The notes beneath the pieces were generated by a model. That model was not told where the DNA came from. It searched no databases and saw nothing but the letters and a program-made list of their open reading frames with translations. A stretch of 63,702 bases of DNA, the filler included, from Stramenopiles sp. TOSAG23-2 (Eukaryota), in NCBI GenBank assembly GCA_900128395.1. It is 27 parts of 27 records of this genome, joined end to end, with 100 filler letters (N's around TTAATTAATTAA, not from the genome) between each part and the next. Parts side by side here need not be neighbours in the genome. Positions count along the whole stretch, not along the records: positions 34,265 to 37,956 come from LT651126.1; positions 38,057 to 41,743 come from LT651127.1; positions 41,844 to 45,530 come from LT651128.1; positions 45,631 to 46,744 come from LT653685.1; positions 46,845 to 47,958 come from LT653686.1; 22 more parts are not named here. One strand, written 5' to 3'. This document shows, one piece after another, positions 34,756-47,619 of this stretch (its first letter is position 1; each line of letters opens with the position of its first letter). A program made the translations under genes and the position numbers.

Positions 34756-37700
34756 ATGAATTACTTCTTAAAGATATATGTATTCATCACCGTGGTGATC
34801 GCTGCTGTATCAGTTGCATCAGTTGCATCTTCCTCCACTGCTTGTAGCAACAGCTTGTATAAAATTAACAATTTACAAGTAGACAGTTCGAAATATATTA
34901 TTGATCGGTTAAATCCTAAATTTAGTTGGGGAAGTGAGCTAGTAGCTAATAGCAAGACTCAAACAACATTTAAACAAGAGAAATTCATTATAAGCATTGT
35001 CGATGACGCAACGTCGAAAATGGTTTGGCAAAGTGGAGTTATTCGTTCCTCGAAGCCAGTTTATCGTGCTCCAACTTTACCTATTCAACACTTTAGGAAA
35101 TATACTTGGTTTGTAAAAAGTTTTGACTCTCGTGGCTGTTGGATTACATCAGAAAAAAGCAATTTATATGTATCGAATAATTCCATATTCGAATCTGCCA
35201 AATGGATAGGAAGCCACGAGAATAATCAATATAGGGGCGAATTCAAAATCGATACTAGCAAAAAAATTAGTTCTGCTCATATACATGTTTGTGGATTGTC
35301 ATTTTCATATGTTAGTGTTAATGGTAATTTATTAACGTCGATACATTTAACTTCTGCACCATGGACAAACAACGAACGTTCGAATGGTTATAGTACTGTC
35401 GATATAACAAAATATTTAGGCAATCAAGAGACGCAAGCTGTCGGAATCACATTAGGATATGGTTGGAGAAATAGAACAATGTTTGTTGTTAAGGATACTG
35501 AAGATCCAGGACTGAAGCAGGATACAATTGATCGTGTTTTAATAATGTCACTCGCAGTTGTGTATGAAGGAGAAAATAAAACAAGTATTGTTTTACAAAG
35601 TGGAGATGGACGATTTGAAGCAAGTAAAGGCCCTGTAATCTATGATTCGGTATACAACGGGGAAACGTTTGATTCTCGACTTGCAGATGATGGTTGGGAT
35701 ACAATTAATTTCGATAAAACGACAAGTAAAGTATCATGGGAAAAAGCATCTGTTGTTCCTGGACCAACCGGTGTATTATTTCCGTGGATACATACACCAA
35801 TACAAATCACAAGGACAGTAAAACCTGTTCAAATTACCAAACCGTATGATGGCGTTTACGTAGTTGATTTCGGTGCAAATTTAGCTGGTGTCACACAATT
35901 GATTAACATTGATTGTAAACAAGATTCAAACGTAACATTGATCCACGCAGAGATCATGCAACATGCTGGCTTACCAGGACTTCCTAATCCAGATCCAAAA
36001 CTTGTTTATACTGCTAATTTGAGAAGCGCAAAGGCAACGGATGTGTATATTTGCAATGGTTCACCAGAAAATTCATACATGCCACGTTTAACATATCACG
36101 GATTTCGTTTCGTAGAAGTACATGTTGGTGATAGTGGAGTTAAAATTACCAATGATAATATAGAAATGTTACATTTTCATTCCGCAGTTGTTCAAAAAGC
36201 GGCTATTAATTTCCAATCGGATACGTTGAATCGTATACAAAAGATGGCTGTTGGAGCTCAGAGATCAAATTTAATGTCCGTTCCAACTGATTGTGATCAA
36301 CGAGATGAAAGACTTGGTTGGATGGGCGATGCAAATTTATCTGGTGAATCTATGATGTTGAATTTTGACATGCCAGGTTTCTTTCGCCATTTCATTAATA
36401 TAATGACGTCTGAACAAGATGAAGATGGCAGCTTACCAGATGTAGTGCCGTTTGTACGATTTGGTGGAAGACCAGCAGATGTTTCATGGAGTGGAGTTTA
36501 TGTAAATTGGTTTTACCAATTGTGGAAACATGATGATGATTTAGATACTGCAAAAGAGCATTTAGATGACATGTTAAGCCAACTGGACAATGTTAAGATG
36601 CAAGCGAAAGCAGGGTTAAATAAAATGCATACACCATACGGCGATTGGTGCCCACCACCGATAAAAATGGGCACAGGTCAAGGGCCTAAACCCTCCTCGC
36701 CATATACCAGCGCGTTTTCTTATCTGGCAATGATTGGACAAGTACAAGAAATCGCATTAGCATTAGGTAATAAAACAGTATCTAGTAAATTATCAACTAT
36801 GTTCAACGAAGTAGCAAAAGAATTTAACAATGTATTTTATTCTACAAAAAACGAAACAGTGTATGATAATGGACTGCAAACTGCTTTAGTCCTTCCTATG
36901 GCATTAAATATCGTCCCAGACATGGATCGAGCTAAAGATGCATTGTTGGCAAGCATTAAGAAAATGAATGGACATTATAATTGTGGGATTGTTGGTTTCC
37001 GATGGTTGTTTGATGTATTATCCAATATAAATGAACATGACATGGCATTAAATCTCCTGTCCAACACGGACTACCCTAGTATTGGTTATTATTTTGCGAA
37101 TGGAGAAGAAGCAGCAACAGAAAACTTATGGGAATTACCAGATGCCAATCGTGAAGGTGTAGGTATGAATTCAAGGAATCATCATATGTGGAGTAGTTAC
37201 AGTTCTTATTTAGTACGTAAAGTTGCAGGGATAAGTCAACATCGTGCTTCATCTGGTCATTGGGATTTAGAATTAAGACCTGGTTATTTCAAGGATTTAT
37301 CGTATGCATCATCTACGTTAAAATTAAAACAAGGAGATGTTGTATTAAATTGGGAAAAGATTGGTGGAACACATTGTGATCGTGCAGCGAAAGGTGATGT
37401 TGTCCATCTTAATTGTGGTGAAAATGGTGGTGTAATCTCAGAAGTTACGTTTGCATCATATGGATTTTTAAAAGGTACTACTTGTAGCTCAATGAAAGTT
37501 ACATCATGCCAAGATCCAAATACACACAAAAAAGTAACAGAGATGTGTCTAGGAAAAAATCGTTGTGACGTAAAAAGTTCATCTGATATTATCTGTAATG
37601 GTGACGTTGATCAAGTTGAGCAGCTTGTAGTAAAGGTAAAATGTTCAAGCAAGGCAAAATTACATGTGAAGACAGTAGTGCCATTAGGTAGCAAGGCAAG

Positions 37701-37806
37701 GCTGTATTATCAAGAAAGTAGTAGCGCTTCTTCGAATTTGAAAAAAGTAGAAAAATTTGTTGATTTATTGGAAAGTGGTTCATATGAACATGTATTTGAA
37801 TATTAA
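34756..37806 (+). CDS. Secreted GH78 alpha-L-rhamnosidase with a SUEL/galactose-binding lectin insert
   Basis: Signal peptide from ATG 34756. Motifs VVDFGANLAG, TYHGFRFVEV, PTDCDQRDERLGWMGD, YGDWCPP, NLWE..NSRNHHMWSS. Lectin motif LNCG..GVISEVTFASYG...C...CLGKNRC. Confidence 0.92.
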   Translation: MNYFLKIYVFITVVIAAVSVASVASSSTACSNSLYKINNLQVDSSKYIIDRLNPKFSWGSELVANSKTQTTFKQEKFIISIVDDATSKMVWQSGVIRSSKPVYRAPTLPIQHFRKYTWFVKSFDSRGCWITSEKSNLYVSNNSIFESAKWIGSHENNQYRGEFKIDTSKKISSAHIHVCGLSFSYVSVNGNLLTSIHLTSAPWTNNERSNGYSTVDITKYLGNQETQAVGITLGYGWRNRTMFVVKDTEDPGLKQDTIDRVLIMSLAVVYEGENKTSIVLQSGDGRFEASKGPVIYDSVYNGETFDSRLADDGWDTINFDKTTSKVSWEKASVVPGPTGVLFPWIHTPIQITRTVKPVQITKPYDGVYVVDFGANLAGVTQLINIDCKQDSNVTLIHAEIMQHAGLPGLPNPDPKLVYTANLRSAKATDVYICNGSPENSYMPRLTYHGFRFVEVHVGDSGVKITNDNIEMLHFHSAVVQKAAINFQSDTLNRIQKMAVGAQRSNLMSVPTDCDQRDERLGWMGDANLSGESMMLNFDMPGFFRHFINIMTSEQDEDGSLPDVVPFVRFGGRPADVSWSGVYVNWFYQLWKHDDDLDTAKEHLDDMLSQLDNVKMQAKAGLNKMHTPYGDWCPPPIKMGTGQGPKPSSPYTSAFSYLAMIGQVQEIALALGNKTVSSKLSTMFNEVAKEFNNVFYSTKNETVYDNGLQTALVLPMALNIVPDMDRAKDALLASIKKMNGHYNCGIVGFRWLFDVLSNINEHDMALNLLSNTDYPSIGYYFANGEEAATENLWELPDANREGVGMNSRNHHMWSSYSSYLVRKVAGISQHRASSGHWDLELRPGYFKDLSYASSTLKLKQGDVVLNWEKIGGTHCDRAAKGDVVHLNCGENGGVISEVTFASYGFLKGTTCSSMKVTSCQDPNTHKKVTEMCLGKNRCDVKSSSDIICNGDVDQVEQLVVKVKCSSKAKLHVKTVVPLGSKARLYYQESSSASSNLKKVEKFVDLLESGSYEHVFEY

Positions 37807-38056
37807 AAGAACTCTGTGTGAATGTGGTCGGAGTTACGATGACAAGATTTGAATATGTAGAGAATGTAAGCGGGGGTTTGTGATACATTTGTATCAGTAG
37901 GATGGTTCGTTTGAGGTAAAAAATATTTGTGTCATTTCACCTAAAACAAATTTATANNNNNNNNNNNNNNNNNNNNNNNNNNNNNNNNNNNNNNNNNNNN
38001 TTAATTAATTAANNNNNNNNNNNNNNNNNNNNNNNNNNNNNNNNNNNNNNNNNNNN

Positions 38057-41000
38057 TGTATTGTTTGTTTTTAATCCTTCACCAATACTTTGTACATCAG
38101 TAATATTATTACTACGTAGGTACAATTTCGTTAATGTATTGTTTGATTTTAATGCATCACCAATACATTGTACATCAGTAATATTATTATGTTGTAGGTC
38201 CAATTCCGTTAATGTCTTGTTTGTTTTTAATGCTTCGCCAATACTTTGTACATCAGTAATATTATTATCAGATAGGTCCAATTTCGTTAATGTCTTGTTT
38301 GTTTTTAATGCTTCGCCAATACTTTGTACATCAGTAATATTATTATGATCTAGTTTCAATGTCGTTAATGTCTTGTTCGTTTTTAACAATTCACCAATAA
38401 TTACAATATCTGCATTGGTAAGCTTTAAATTTTTAAAATTTAACGTCTTGTGAAATTTACCTTTTGTTTTTATCATCTCTAATTCATTCCTCTCTAGTCT
38501 TATTGCTATATCTTTAAGAGTCTTAGTATTCGCAATATTATTATCATTTAGTTCCAATCTCGTTAATGTCTTGTTTGTTTTTAATGCTTCACCAATACTT
38601 TCTACATCAGTAATATTATTATTAGATAGGGACAATATCTCTAATGTCTTGTTTGTTTTTAATGCTTCACCAATACTTTGTACATCAGTAATATTATTAT
38701 TTTTTAGGTCCAAGTTCTGCAATGTCTTGTTTGTTTTTAATGCTTCAACAATATATCTCACATTTAAATCATTAACACCACTTGCTTTTTCACCACTTGG
38801 AGTAGCTGCAATTCTTATTTTATCACTTCTTTTATCCAAAACATTTTGAAATGCAACAAAACACGTATCATCAAATGCTTCTACATTTTCCCAATCCAAG
38901 AATGCTTTTACATTTTCCCATCCAAGATCAATTATTTCAATATTAAACTTATCATTATGTTCAATATATTTTGATAATTTTTTTAAATGTTCATTATTTA
39001 TGTGACAATCACTAAAATCTAATTTTCCAGTATTTGACTTTGTTTTTTTTTCATTATTTACAAGAAACATCTTGAACACATATCCGGGTATCCCACCACC
39101 AATGTTCATATTATCAGCAGTGTGATTATCATCTGTTTTATCTTGCTGTTTACAACGTTTTATTGTTTCCCATAAATATAATATCCCGGATTTTCCTAAT
39201 GCATCCTGTATTCCCAATTTAAAGCCTTGATATTGCATTCGAAAAAAATCATTATAAATATCTTCATCTAGCCAAATTAAAAAAATCACGCAACAACATC
39301 CTATGCATCCAAAACAAACACACAAGACAAAAACAACAAAACCATACATTAAAACTAACAATTCCCAACCAATTTCAAAACAATGATAAAATTTTTCACC
39401 TAACCAATACGGTGGATATACTATTGCAATTGCATAACGCAATGTCTTTTCAGAAAGACTTTTATCAAATTCTTCCATATATTGATTAATAAACCATAAA
39501 ATTGCAATTAAACGCTCAAAGGCCAACAAACCAAGCGAAAATGACATTGGTAATTGTACCCTAAGTGAAAGATCGGTTGGCCATGAAAATACAAAATTAA
39601 AATCAAGAGTAAAAGCAAAATCAAAAACAGGTTGCCAATCCAGTTCTAATCTTAAACTTTTAAGCATAGTTTCATATGTATCCATTTTGCCATTATACAC
39701 ATCTAAAAAATGCAACGATGCAACGCATATCCCCATGTATAAAATTGTTAACACTTTTAATGTAAATAATTCTGTTCCATCGTTGTTTGTGTCATCACTA
39801 TCGCGTATTTGGTCGATTAATTTTGGCGTTTTCATTGTCATGTATAGTTCTTTTACCTTTTTTCGTTCTTCATACTTTAGAGAATCGAATTTTACTCCTT
39901 CGCAACCTGTATACTTTTCTGTTAATTTATCTTTTTCCTCGTCGCTTAAATCGTCAAATTTGCCAAAATAATACTCCACCAACTCCTCTTTCTCCTCATC
40001 ATCTAACTTCGCTAAATCAGACTTTTCATAGCAACATAAACAACATCTACAACACAACCAACGTCCTTTTAAAATTTGTACCGGTAAATGCAAAAATACA
40101 AAAGGAATGATATAAATTGCTGGTAAAATTGCCCATGATGAAAGAAATAATAATGGCCAAAACACCATTGTCATTAACATATAAACAAACCAACACATAC
40201 TAGTTAAATATACGTAAATTAAACTCAGCCAATTAATTTCAAATGGTTGCGTTCCCGGTAAAACAAAATCTTGATATTTCGATAATGGTTGTGACCGTCT
40301 ACATATAAATGATTTATAATAATTACAAAAAAAGGTTAGTGTATAATCACAAAAAAGTTAGTATATAAATTTAAAGTAGACGACAGTGTACAAAGTTTAT
40401 AAATAAATTTCTATTTTTATTAAATATAATACTTACCTAGCTTGCCAATGGACAAATTGCATTAATGGCATTAATGCTGGCCACATTGCAATTGAAATAG
40501 GTTTATACAATGGCAATACTGTAAAATGTGCTGCACGGCATATAAGCTGAGTTTTAAATGATTTGCTTTCTAAATCTGGTACTCGATGATCCCAATATTC
40601 AATAGTTAGAATAATTGTAATGATAGCATGCACAACATACATAATCATATCAATAAATTCTGCCTTTTCATTATCTTCTGCTGGCTTTTCCACATCAAAA
40701 TGTTCATTCTCGTTGTTGCCTAATCCAATAGCAGTATCTTTCATCGTTTCTTGTAATTCGTCCATATTTTCTTCCATCGCATCTACTTGTTCATTGATAT
40801 TAATTTTGATATCTTCAATTGTTTCATTTAATTTATCTTTTATATCGTTTTTTATTTTTTGTTTAACTTTCTTAAGTTTATATTTTGCTTCATCTTTAAA
40901 TGTTCTTTTATGTGAACTATTTAGCATATCAGGTGCTGATGTTCGACGTTGCTTTTGTTTCTTTGGTAAATTTGTTGTTGTATTGCTACTACCACGACGT

Positions 41001-41677
41001 ATTTGTTTTGTATGCTTCTTATTGATACTATTATTTTTATTTAATGTAATTTTACTATTTGTAATCCTATTGTTGTTATTATTATTATTGGTCATTTTCT
41101 TGATATTTGCAGTCCCTCTTACAGTATGTCGACGATCTTTCTTTTTACTATTGTTATTATTATTATTATTATTATTATTGGTATCAAAATCTCTATTGTT
41201 TAATATCCGTGTCTTCTGATAAGCTTTTAAATCTTTGTTGGTCCTATATCTAAAGGTATCTTTTTCTATTTCTTCGTTTCCATACAAAGGATTTATAAAT
41301 TGTTTAGCGTGTACCATTTTTATTTCTTTTTCAGGCACGTCTTCTTTTTTGTTCAGTGTAAAACTTGATATACATTTTTTTAATTGAATACCTCGATCTA
41401 TAACTGCTTTCCCAATTGTTGTTTTCGTAAAAATATATTTAATAGTAGACCAAAATGCACTAACACCTGTCAATGCAACCACTACTAAACATGCTGTAAA
41501 GAAGAACTCTGATAATGATAAATGTTGAGATGTAAATACTGTACTTGGATCAACTTCACATGCATTTGCAAGAGCATTGCGTATAAGTAATGACTTGTAA
41601 ATTTTTTTAACTTGAACTATGTTTGTTGTGCTGTTGGTGAAATTAGAGCTATTATTTATAATAGTAGCAAAATTCAT
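38057..41677 (-). CDS. Multi-pass membrane protein with C-terminal RI-like/NLRC3-type LRRs; two exons, intron 40299-40436 (3'-partial)
   Basis: The GTAAGT donor at 40436 and TAG acceptor at 40299 join ...HWQAR to RSQPLSKYQDFVLPG...LTSMCWFV in frame. The 26-aa LRR ALKTNKTLTKLDLSDNNITDVQSIGE is repeated. Confidence 0.85.
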
Positions 41678-42158
41678 TAGTATCTTGTAATTCTGTTTCT
41701 TTCGTATTTTTATTTTCGTTAATAAATTGTGATATATACTTTANNNNNNNNNNNNNNNNNNNNNNNNNNNNNNNNNNNNNNNNNNNNTTAATTAATTAAN
41801 NNNNNNNNNNNNNNNNNNNNNNNNNNNNNNNNNNNNNNNNNNNAAGTCCTTCCCCACGCAGTTCAACATGTGTTGCTTTTTGATTTTTTAAAATTTTTGG
41901 TGTGAGTGGACCAAAAAATATTTTACCGCACATATTTTATGATTCTTGCATTTTTATACAACAAACCAATTATTTCAATTTTTTACGATTAAACAACGGC
42001 ATATAAAAGTGTTTTAAAAATTTTCGGTAGTGTATTTTCGTATCATATATTTTATTTTTTTTACAAAAATAAATCATTTATCATTTTAATATAAATTATA
42101 TTCTAATTTATTTACGAGAAGCGTAATTTTTACACACCACACATCTCAAATTTTATCT

Positions 42159-44105
42159 CTACGATACAAAACTATTTCGTTTACTATCTTGTTCCATGAT
42201 TAAATCAAAATCCATAATTTCACTATCATCATCCGTATCAGAAGGAACATTATTATTGTTATGAAATTTTCTATACAACGATGATACATCACTATTATCT
42301 TCATATAAAACAGTACCACCGACATCATCATCATTATCAATCATCGTATTGTAACTTGAGAAATTATCATAACGACTACTGCTGCTACGACGTCGTGTTT
42401 TATATAAATAAATACTACGTACAATTGCAATAAATAACATTAAAAATGGTAATATTAACAATAATAATTGTGGACTAAACGTAGCAGCATCATCATTATG
42501 TAATAATTTATGTATATCGTCGTGGTTGTTGTTGTTGTTGTTACTATTATTATTATTAAACGAAAATGCATGACTATTATTTTTTCCACTATTAGTACCA
42601 CCACCATTATTGTTGTTATTTCTATGGCATGGTTGAAAATTGGTTTGAGTTGTTAATGTATTTGCAGCTAATAAATTGCCAACAACTCGTATACCAGCAC
42701 TTGAAGCGCGTAAAATACCAATGAAAAAATTAGGTCGTTCACGTATTGATTTAGTAAACATACTTGATAAAAATGTCAATAAACAAAATATACCAATAGC
42801 ATATGCAACATTACCAATGATAAATGAAAGTAGACTTGTTGAATCATAAAATAATATTAACGAGCCAATCAATGCAATTATAATGCTAAAATACATACCG
42901 ACATTATCATCTAAACGAATGCAAGCTGCAACTTTTACTAATACTATATTACTGAAAAACAATAAGAAACCAGAGATAATGAAAATAATACTATTTTCAC
43001 TAACTCCAAAACCAAAATTTTGAGCACCGATAGGTACTACGATTGTCTCTAATGATGATACTGCAGCATTATTTACAAGTGCTAATAAAAATATAAATAA
43101 CATATTGTACGAGATTAATTTATTTGTACAAAATAATGTATGCAATGAGTAGATATCAACACTACTGGTACTGCTATTACTACTGCCATCATCGCTGTTA
43201 CTATTTAAACTGTCATTATTGATATTACTATTATTATTATAACTATTGCTCCTAGTTTTATTTTTCTTATTATTATTACTGTTGCTATTATTACTTGATG
43301 AGATATTATTTGATGGATTTGCTACAAAACTACGAAATGCCCATGGAAATGTTAAACAAAAAATCATAAATGTCCATACACCGACTAAATTGAAGCTATC
43401 AAATTGAAAATCGGACACTGTAAATTTCACCGATATCGTCAGATATGCTATTAATGGACCAACTATTTCACCAACAGCAGCTGCTATGAAAAAATTTGCT
43501 ATTGCAGATGTTCGTTTCTCACTGGAAGTTGCAGAAACCAGTGTACTCATTAATAATGTCAATGCACCTGCACCTAAACCAGCTAACGTGCGGCTTATGA
43601 TCAATATAACTGGACTCCATGCTATTGTATACAAAAATGAAGAGATCAACGATAAGAAGAAACACAATAACCCAGCAATTCTCATACTTTGCTTTGTATG
43701 CTCTCGTAAATTTAATAAAACTGCAGAAATCGAACGCCCAGCAGAAAATGCTGCTAATATAACACCTAAATAATATCGTAAATCATCTGAATCATATTGA
43801 TCACAAAACATTAAAAGTCTTGGCCATAATGAAGGAAAAATGATGACATTCTCTAAACAAATAGCAAATGTGTATGCTAAAACACCGAGAAGCCAATATC
43901 TCCACACTTTTGGTTTTAAAATAAATAAACTGCCTAAATCAGATGGTGCTGAAATACTCCGTTCATCTTCTAACATACTACCATAATCATTATAATCAAT
44001 AGAACCAAAACGGTCATTATTTTGTCCATAACGAAAAGCGGTGGATGGGGAATCAATTGCACGTGGCAACGTAGTCGCAGAAAATGTTTTCGATCGTTGC
44101 GCCAT
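42159..44105 (-). CDS. Major facilitator superfamily transporter (MFSD8-like)
   Basis: About 12 hydrophobic segments; IIFPSLWP, YLGVILAAFSAGR, ISRTLAGLGAG, GEIVGP, ETIVVP. Confidence 0.85.
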   Translation of the reverse strand: MAQRSKTFSATTLPRAIDSPSTAFRYGQNNDRFGSIDYNDYGSMLEDERSISAPSDLGSLFILKPKVWRYWLLGVLAYTFAICLENVIIFPSLWPRLLMFCDQYDSDDLRYYLGVILAAFSAGRSISAVLLNLREHTKQSMRIAGLLCFFLSLISSFLYTIAWSPVILIISRTLAGLGAGALTLLMSTLVSATSSEKRTSAIANFFIAAAVGEIVGPLIAYLTISVKFTVSDFQFDSFNLVGVWTFMIFCLTFPWAFRSFVANPSNNISSSNNSNSNNNKKNKTRSNSYNNNSNINNDSLNSNSDDGSSNSSTSSVDIYSLHTLFCTNKLISYNMLFIFLLALVNNAAVSSLETIVVPIGAQNFGFGVSENSIIFIISGFLLFFSNIVLVKVAACIRLDDNVGMYFSIIIALIGSLILFYDSTSLLSFIIGNVAYAIGIFCLLTFLSSMFTKSIRERPNFFIGILRASSAGIRVVGNLLAANTLTTQTNFQPCHRNNNNNGGGTNSGKNNSHAFSFNNNNSNNNNNNHDDIHKLLHNDDAATFSPQLLLLILPFLMLFIAIVRSIYLYKTRRRSSSSRYDNFSSYNTMIDNDDDVGGTVLYEDNSDVSSLYRKFHNNNNVPSDTDDDSEIMDFDLIMEQDSKRNSFVS

Positions 44106-44817
44106 CGTTATATATAATATAGTCTAGGAAATCTACTCAAGTATAATAATAACTTTCTTCTTCCGCTGCCAATTAGATTTGTATTTGTCGTCTGTATAAA
44201 TTCATTCTCAATATAGTATATACATCAGGTTCTTCACTTCTTCAATTATTCACAATAAAAAGAAGCATTTTCAAGCTCCTTCATGCAACAACAACCAGAA
44301 TTATTTTTTTTCACCAGAGGAACCCATAGTTAAGGGAAATTTTCTCTAAGTTTCAGAGTATAGGACCTCCCACTCTCCCATGAATTTAAGCCAAACTCAA
44401 AATCCCCTTAAAATGAAAAATCGGACCACATTTTCTTTTTGCACCAGTAGAGCTAGTGGTATATTAGTAATTAGCATCATCACACACAGTATTTTACTTG
44501 ACTATCCTTAAATCTAGTGCGTCGTCAGACTCCTTAAATCTCCGACAATGTAGTGTACGCCTCGTAGTCTACTGTGTATATAAATGAGTCGTCTATTAAT
44601 CCTGAAGAACGTTGCAAAAAGATATCAGGTGCAGAATCAAAAAAAGATACCCAAATTGCAATTTACTGAATTTATAATGCTATATAGTGCTATACTCACC
44701 ACACCTTATCATTTTTTATCCACACATTATAGGTTATAGGCAAAAAATATAGATTATATGAAGTAAATAATAGATATGTGTTAGACTTACATAACATACT
44801 AGATTATACATACATAG

Positions 44818-44967
44818 ATTACAGATCAAACAAACAAAATAAACAAGAATTTAAACAAACTTATTATCATAATAATAACAAAAATAAACAAAAATTACAG
44901 ATCAAACAAACAAAATAAACAAGAATTTAAACAAACTTATTATCATAATAATAACAAAAAATAAACA
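44818..44967. repeat. 76-bp-period tandem duplication upstream of ORF 44980
   Basis: ATTACAGATCAAACAAACAAAATAAACAAG... at 44818 and 44894. Confidence 0.8.
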
Positions 44968-44979
44968 GCACAACACGAA

Positions 44980-45519
44980 ATGTCCAAATTAATTTCACAA
45001 ATTGCATTAGTACTCTTTGCAGTATTTTCATTAGTATTGGTATGTTCCAATATGGGGATTATGAATCCTTGTAACTCATTTGCTGCAGATGGTGCAGAGT
45101 TGGGAATAACAAAGGAAAACTGTGCTGCTAGCTTCAAAAAGATGGCAGGTATGGGAAACAATGAAGAAAATATGGTAGCAATGACGGTATTGTATCCTCC
45201 TCTTATGCACACTTGGTTCCTTGCAGCTGGACTTGCTTCCCTTTATTGCCTCTTTACTTGTGAAGCAGGTACAAAAGAAGTAGCAATTTGCCACTTACAT
45301 GCAGGAATTTTTATGTTGGGTGCTGGTTTTCAACATTTAAATAATGGAGGACTTTTACCACCAGCAGTATCTGCATATTGGCCAGTGAATGAAAATGTTA
45401 ATGCTGCAACTAGCAAAATGCTATTACCATGGGCTGTTATGTGCAATAGTATCGGCGCTCTTTGCATGTATGCCTTCTTTGCTTCATCTGGCAAAGCTGC
45501 TAAAACGAAAACAAACTAG
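44980..45519 (+). CDS. Hypothetical four-TM membrane protein with a Lys-rich C-terminus
   Basis: Complete 179-aa ORF with coding-like composition and hydrophobic segments; ends AAKTKTN. Confidence 0.7.
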   Translation: MSKLISQIALVLFAVFSLVLVCSNMGIMNPCNSFAADGAELGITKENCAASFKKMAGMGNNEENMVAMTVLYPPLMHTWFLAAGLASLYCLFTCEAGTKEVAICHLHAGIFMLGAGFQHLNNGGLLPPAVSAYWPVNENVNAATSKMLLPWAVMCNSIGALCMYAFFASSGKAAKTKTN

Positions 45520-46327
45520 ATTTACTGAATNNNNNNNNNNNNNNNNNNNNNNNNNNNNNNNNNNNNNNNNNNNNTTAATTAATTAANNNNNNNNNNNNNN
45601 NNNNNNNNNNNNNNNNNNNNNNNNNNNNNNTTTTGTATTCTGTTAAGTAAATTTACCTATATATTGATATTTTTGTTTACAAATTTATACCGTATTCAAT
45701 CAATCTCCTGTAGTATTGGATTCTTAAAATACTTCTATTTTTGGCGAATCTTATTATTACTACATGTAAATTATTATCACAGCGTTTTTATTATACAGTA
45801 CATATTAATAGTAATAGCACCTTTTGTTTTCTACCTATTACATCAAAACACCTTTTGAAAGCACGAAAGCTGGAAAGCCGGGAAGTCCAGGAAAGCTGGA
45901 AAGCTGGAAAGCCAGCCGCCAGGAAAGCTGGAAAGCCTGGAAGAAAGCTGAAAAAGATATTTAAAACATAGAGATAATAATTTAAACCAATGTATAGGCC
46001 ATTGATACTTGTTACAGTACATAATCAATTCTGTAAATCAAAAAAAAATTAAATATTAATGTATTGTTGTTGTGTTGTGGTTTGTGGTTTGTGGTTTGTG
46101 GTAGTATAAGTATGTATGTATTTTTCAAAAGTAGTATAGATAGTATATAGATAGAGACAGACTTTTCTTTCAAAGTATAATATATATATGTATATAACAT
46201 ATTTCAAATATCTTAGATATCTTTCATATACTGTGAAAACAATTTACATACATAATATCCAGACGGGATAATCGTTTTTGGTCAATCAATTTGTTATTAA
46301 TAACCAAATATTCAAATCAGATATAAC

Positions 46328-46744
46328 ATGATGCACAAGATCTTCTATTTTATTGTATTAATTGCTGTTATTCAACAGTCAACATTTGCATTAGAAACTT
46401 GTTTTTTACACACAGACAGTACAAGCGATTATGACTGTAAGAGTAGCGCGTGTGTAACCGCATGCACGAACGATGGTTGTGTTTTGGGTGCCGATAGATG
46501 CAGAGCGGTGGCAACCTGTGGTGAAACCACTGCCAAAAAATATCATAAATGCTCGGAATGTTTTTCTGCTGGACAAAGTGCATGTGAAGCTGCAGGGTGT
46601 TTATGGGATAGTAATTTCCCTGGGAATGCCGGCGCGGCTGCCTGTATAGCTCCATTCGAGTATTGCACACAGGCCCGTACTGAATCCGATTGTAACGCCG
46701 TTTCCACGCAAACTTGCGTTTTTAATCCACTAAAATTGACCGAC
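46328..46744 (+). CDS. Secreted Cys-rich protein (3'-partial)
   Basis: Signal peptide followed by closely spaced Cys repeats (C..AGCLW, C..AR.ESDC). Confidence 0.7.
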
Positions 46745-47619
46745 NNNNNNNNNNNNNNNNNNNNNNNNNNNNNNNNNNNNNNNNNNNNTTAATTAATTAA
46801 NNNNNNNNNNNNNNNNNNNNNNNNNNNNNNNNNNNNNNNNNNNNTATTAATAATACATTTAAAAATACGAGGATGTTAGATAAATTCATTATATTATATG
46901 TATATATACCTTTTTTTATTCGGTTGTGGATTTTCTTTTGTATGTATATATAATTATTATTAGTAGTATTAAAAAATATAGATATTATGTTGTTGTGTAT
47001 TTAATTAATTCATAAAAACTATATAATAATATACAGTCTAATAATAATAATTTTAACAATATTCATATATATATTATTATTGCACTACTATTAATTTCAT
47101 TATTACAACATAAACACGGTATAATGCATCAAGGTTGCTTTTGGCACCTTTTTTGTATTATTGAAATTATTATATTGGATATTTAAGCTAAATTTGTGAC
47201 ATTGTCGTCGTCTTTAACCTTAACCGAAACAAGCACCTAATGGGAATGTTAGTGGTCCTCGTATACCAGGTATGAATACCAGACCAAAAGATTAAGGATT
47301 ATTGGATTACAAATTGCTGTCATTTCTCTTCTTGTGCTCTTCTCCTCAGCAGGCTGGGCAGGCTGGCTGGCCAGGCAGGCCCAGCAGGCCTGGCAGGTTA
47401 CTGTATTCCTGGTATTTACTCTCCTCAGGTCAACCTCTCTGCAGCTAATACATCTATACATAATAAAAAAAAAGATATGTCATATTCTACATATACGTCA
47501 AAGTAAAGAGAACAAGACATATATCTATAGAGAGAAACCTACTTATTAGTATTCAAACAAACAAAAAAACCACAAAAAATATTATATATATACATATATA
47601 TATATATTAAATTAATATC

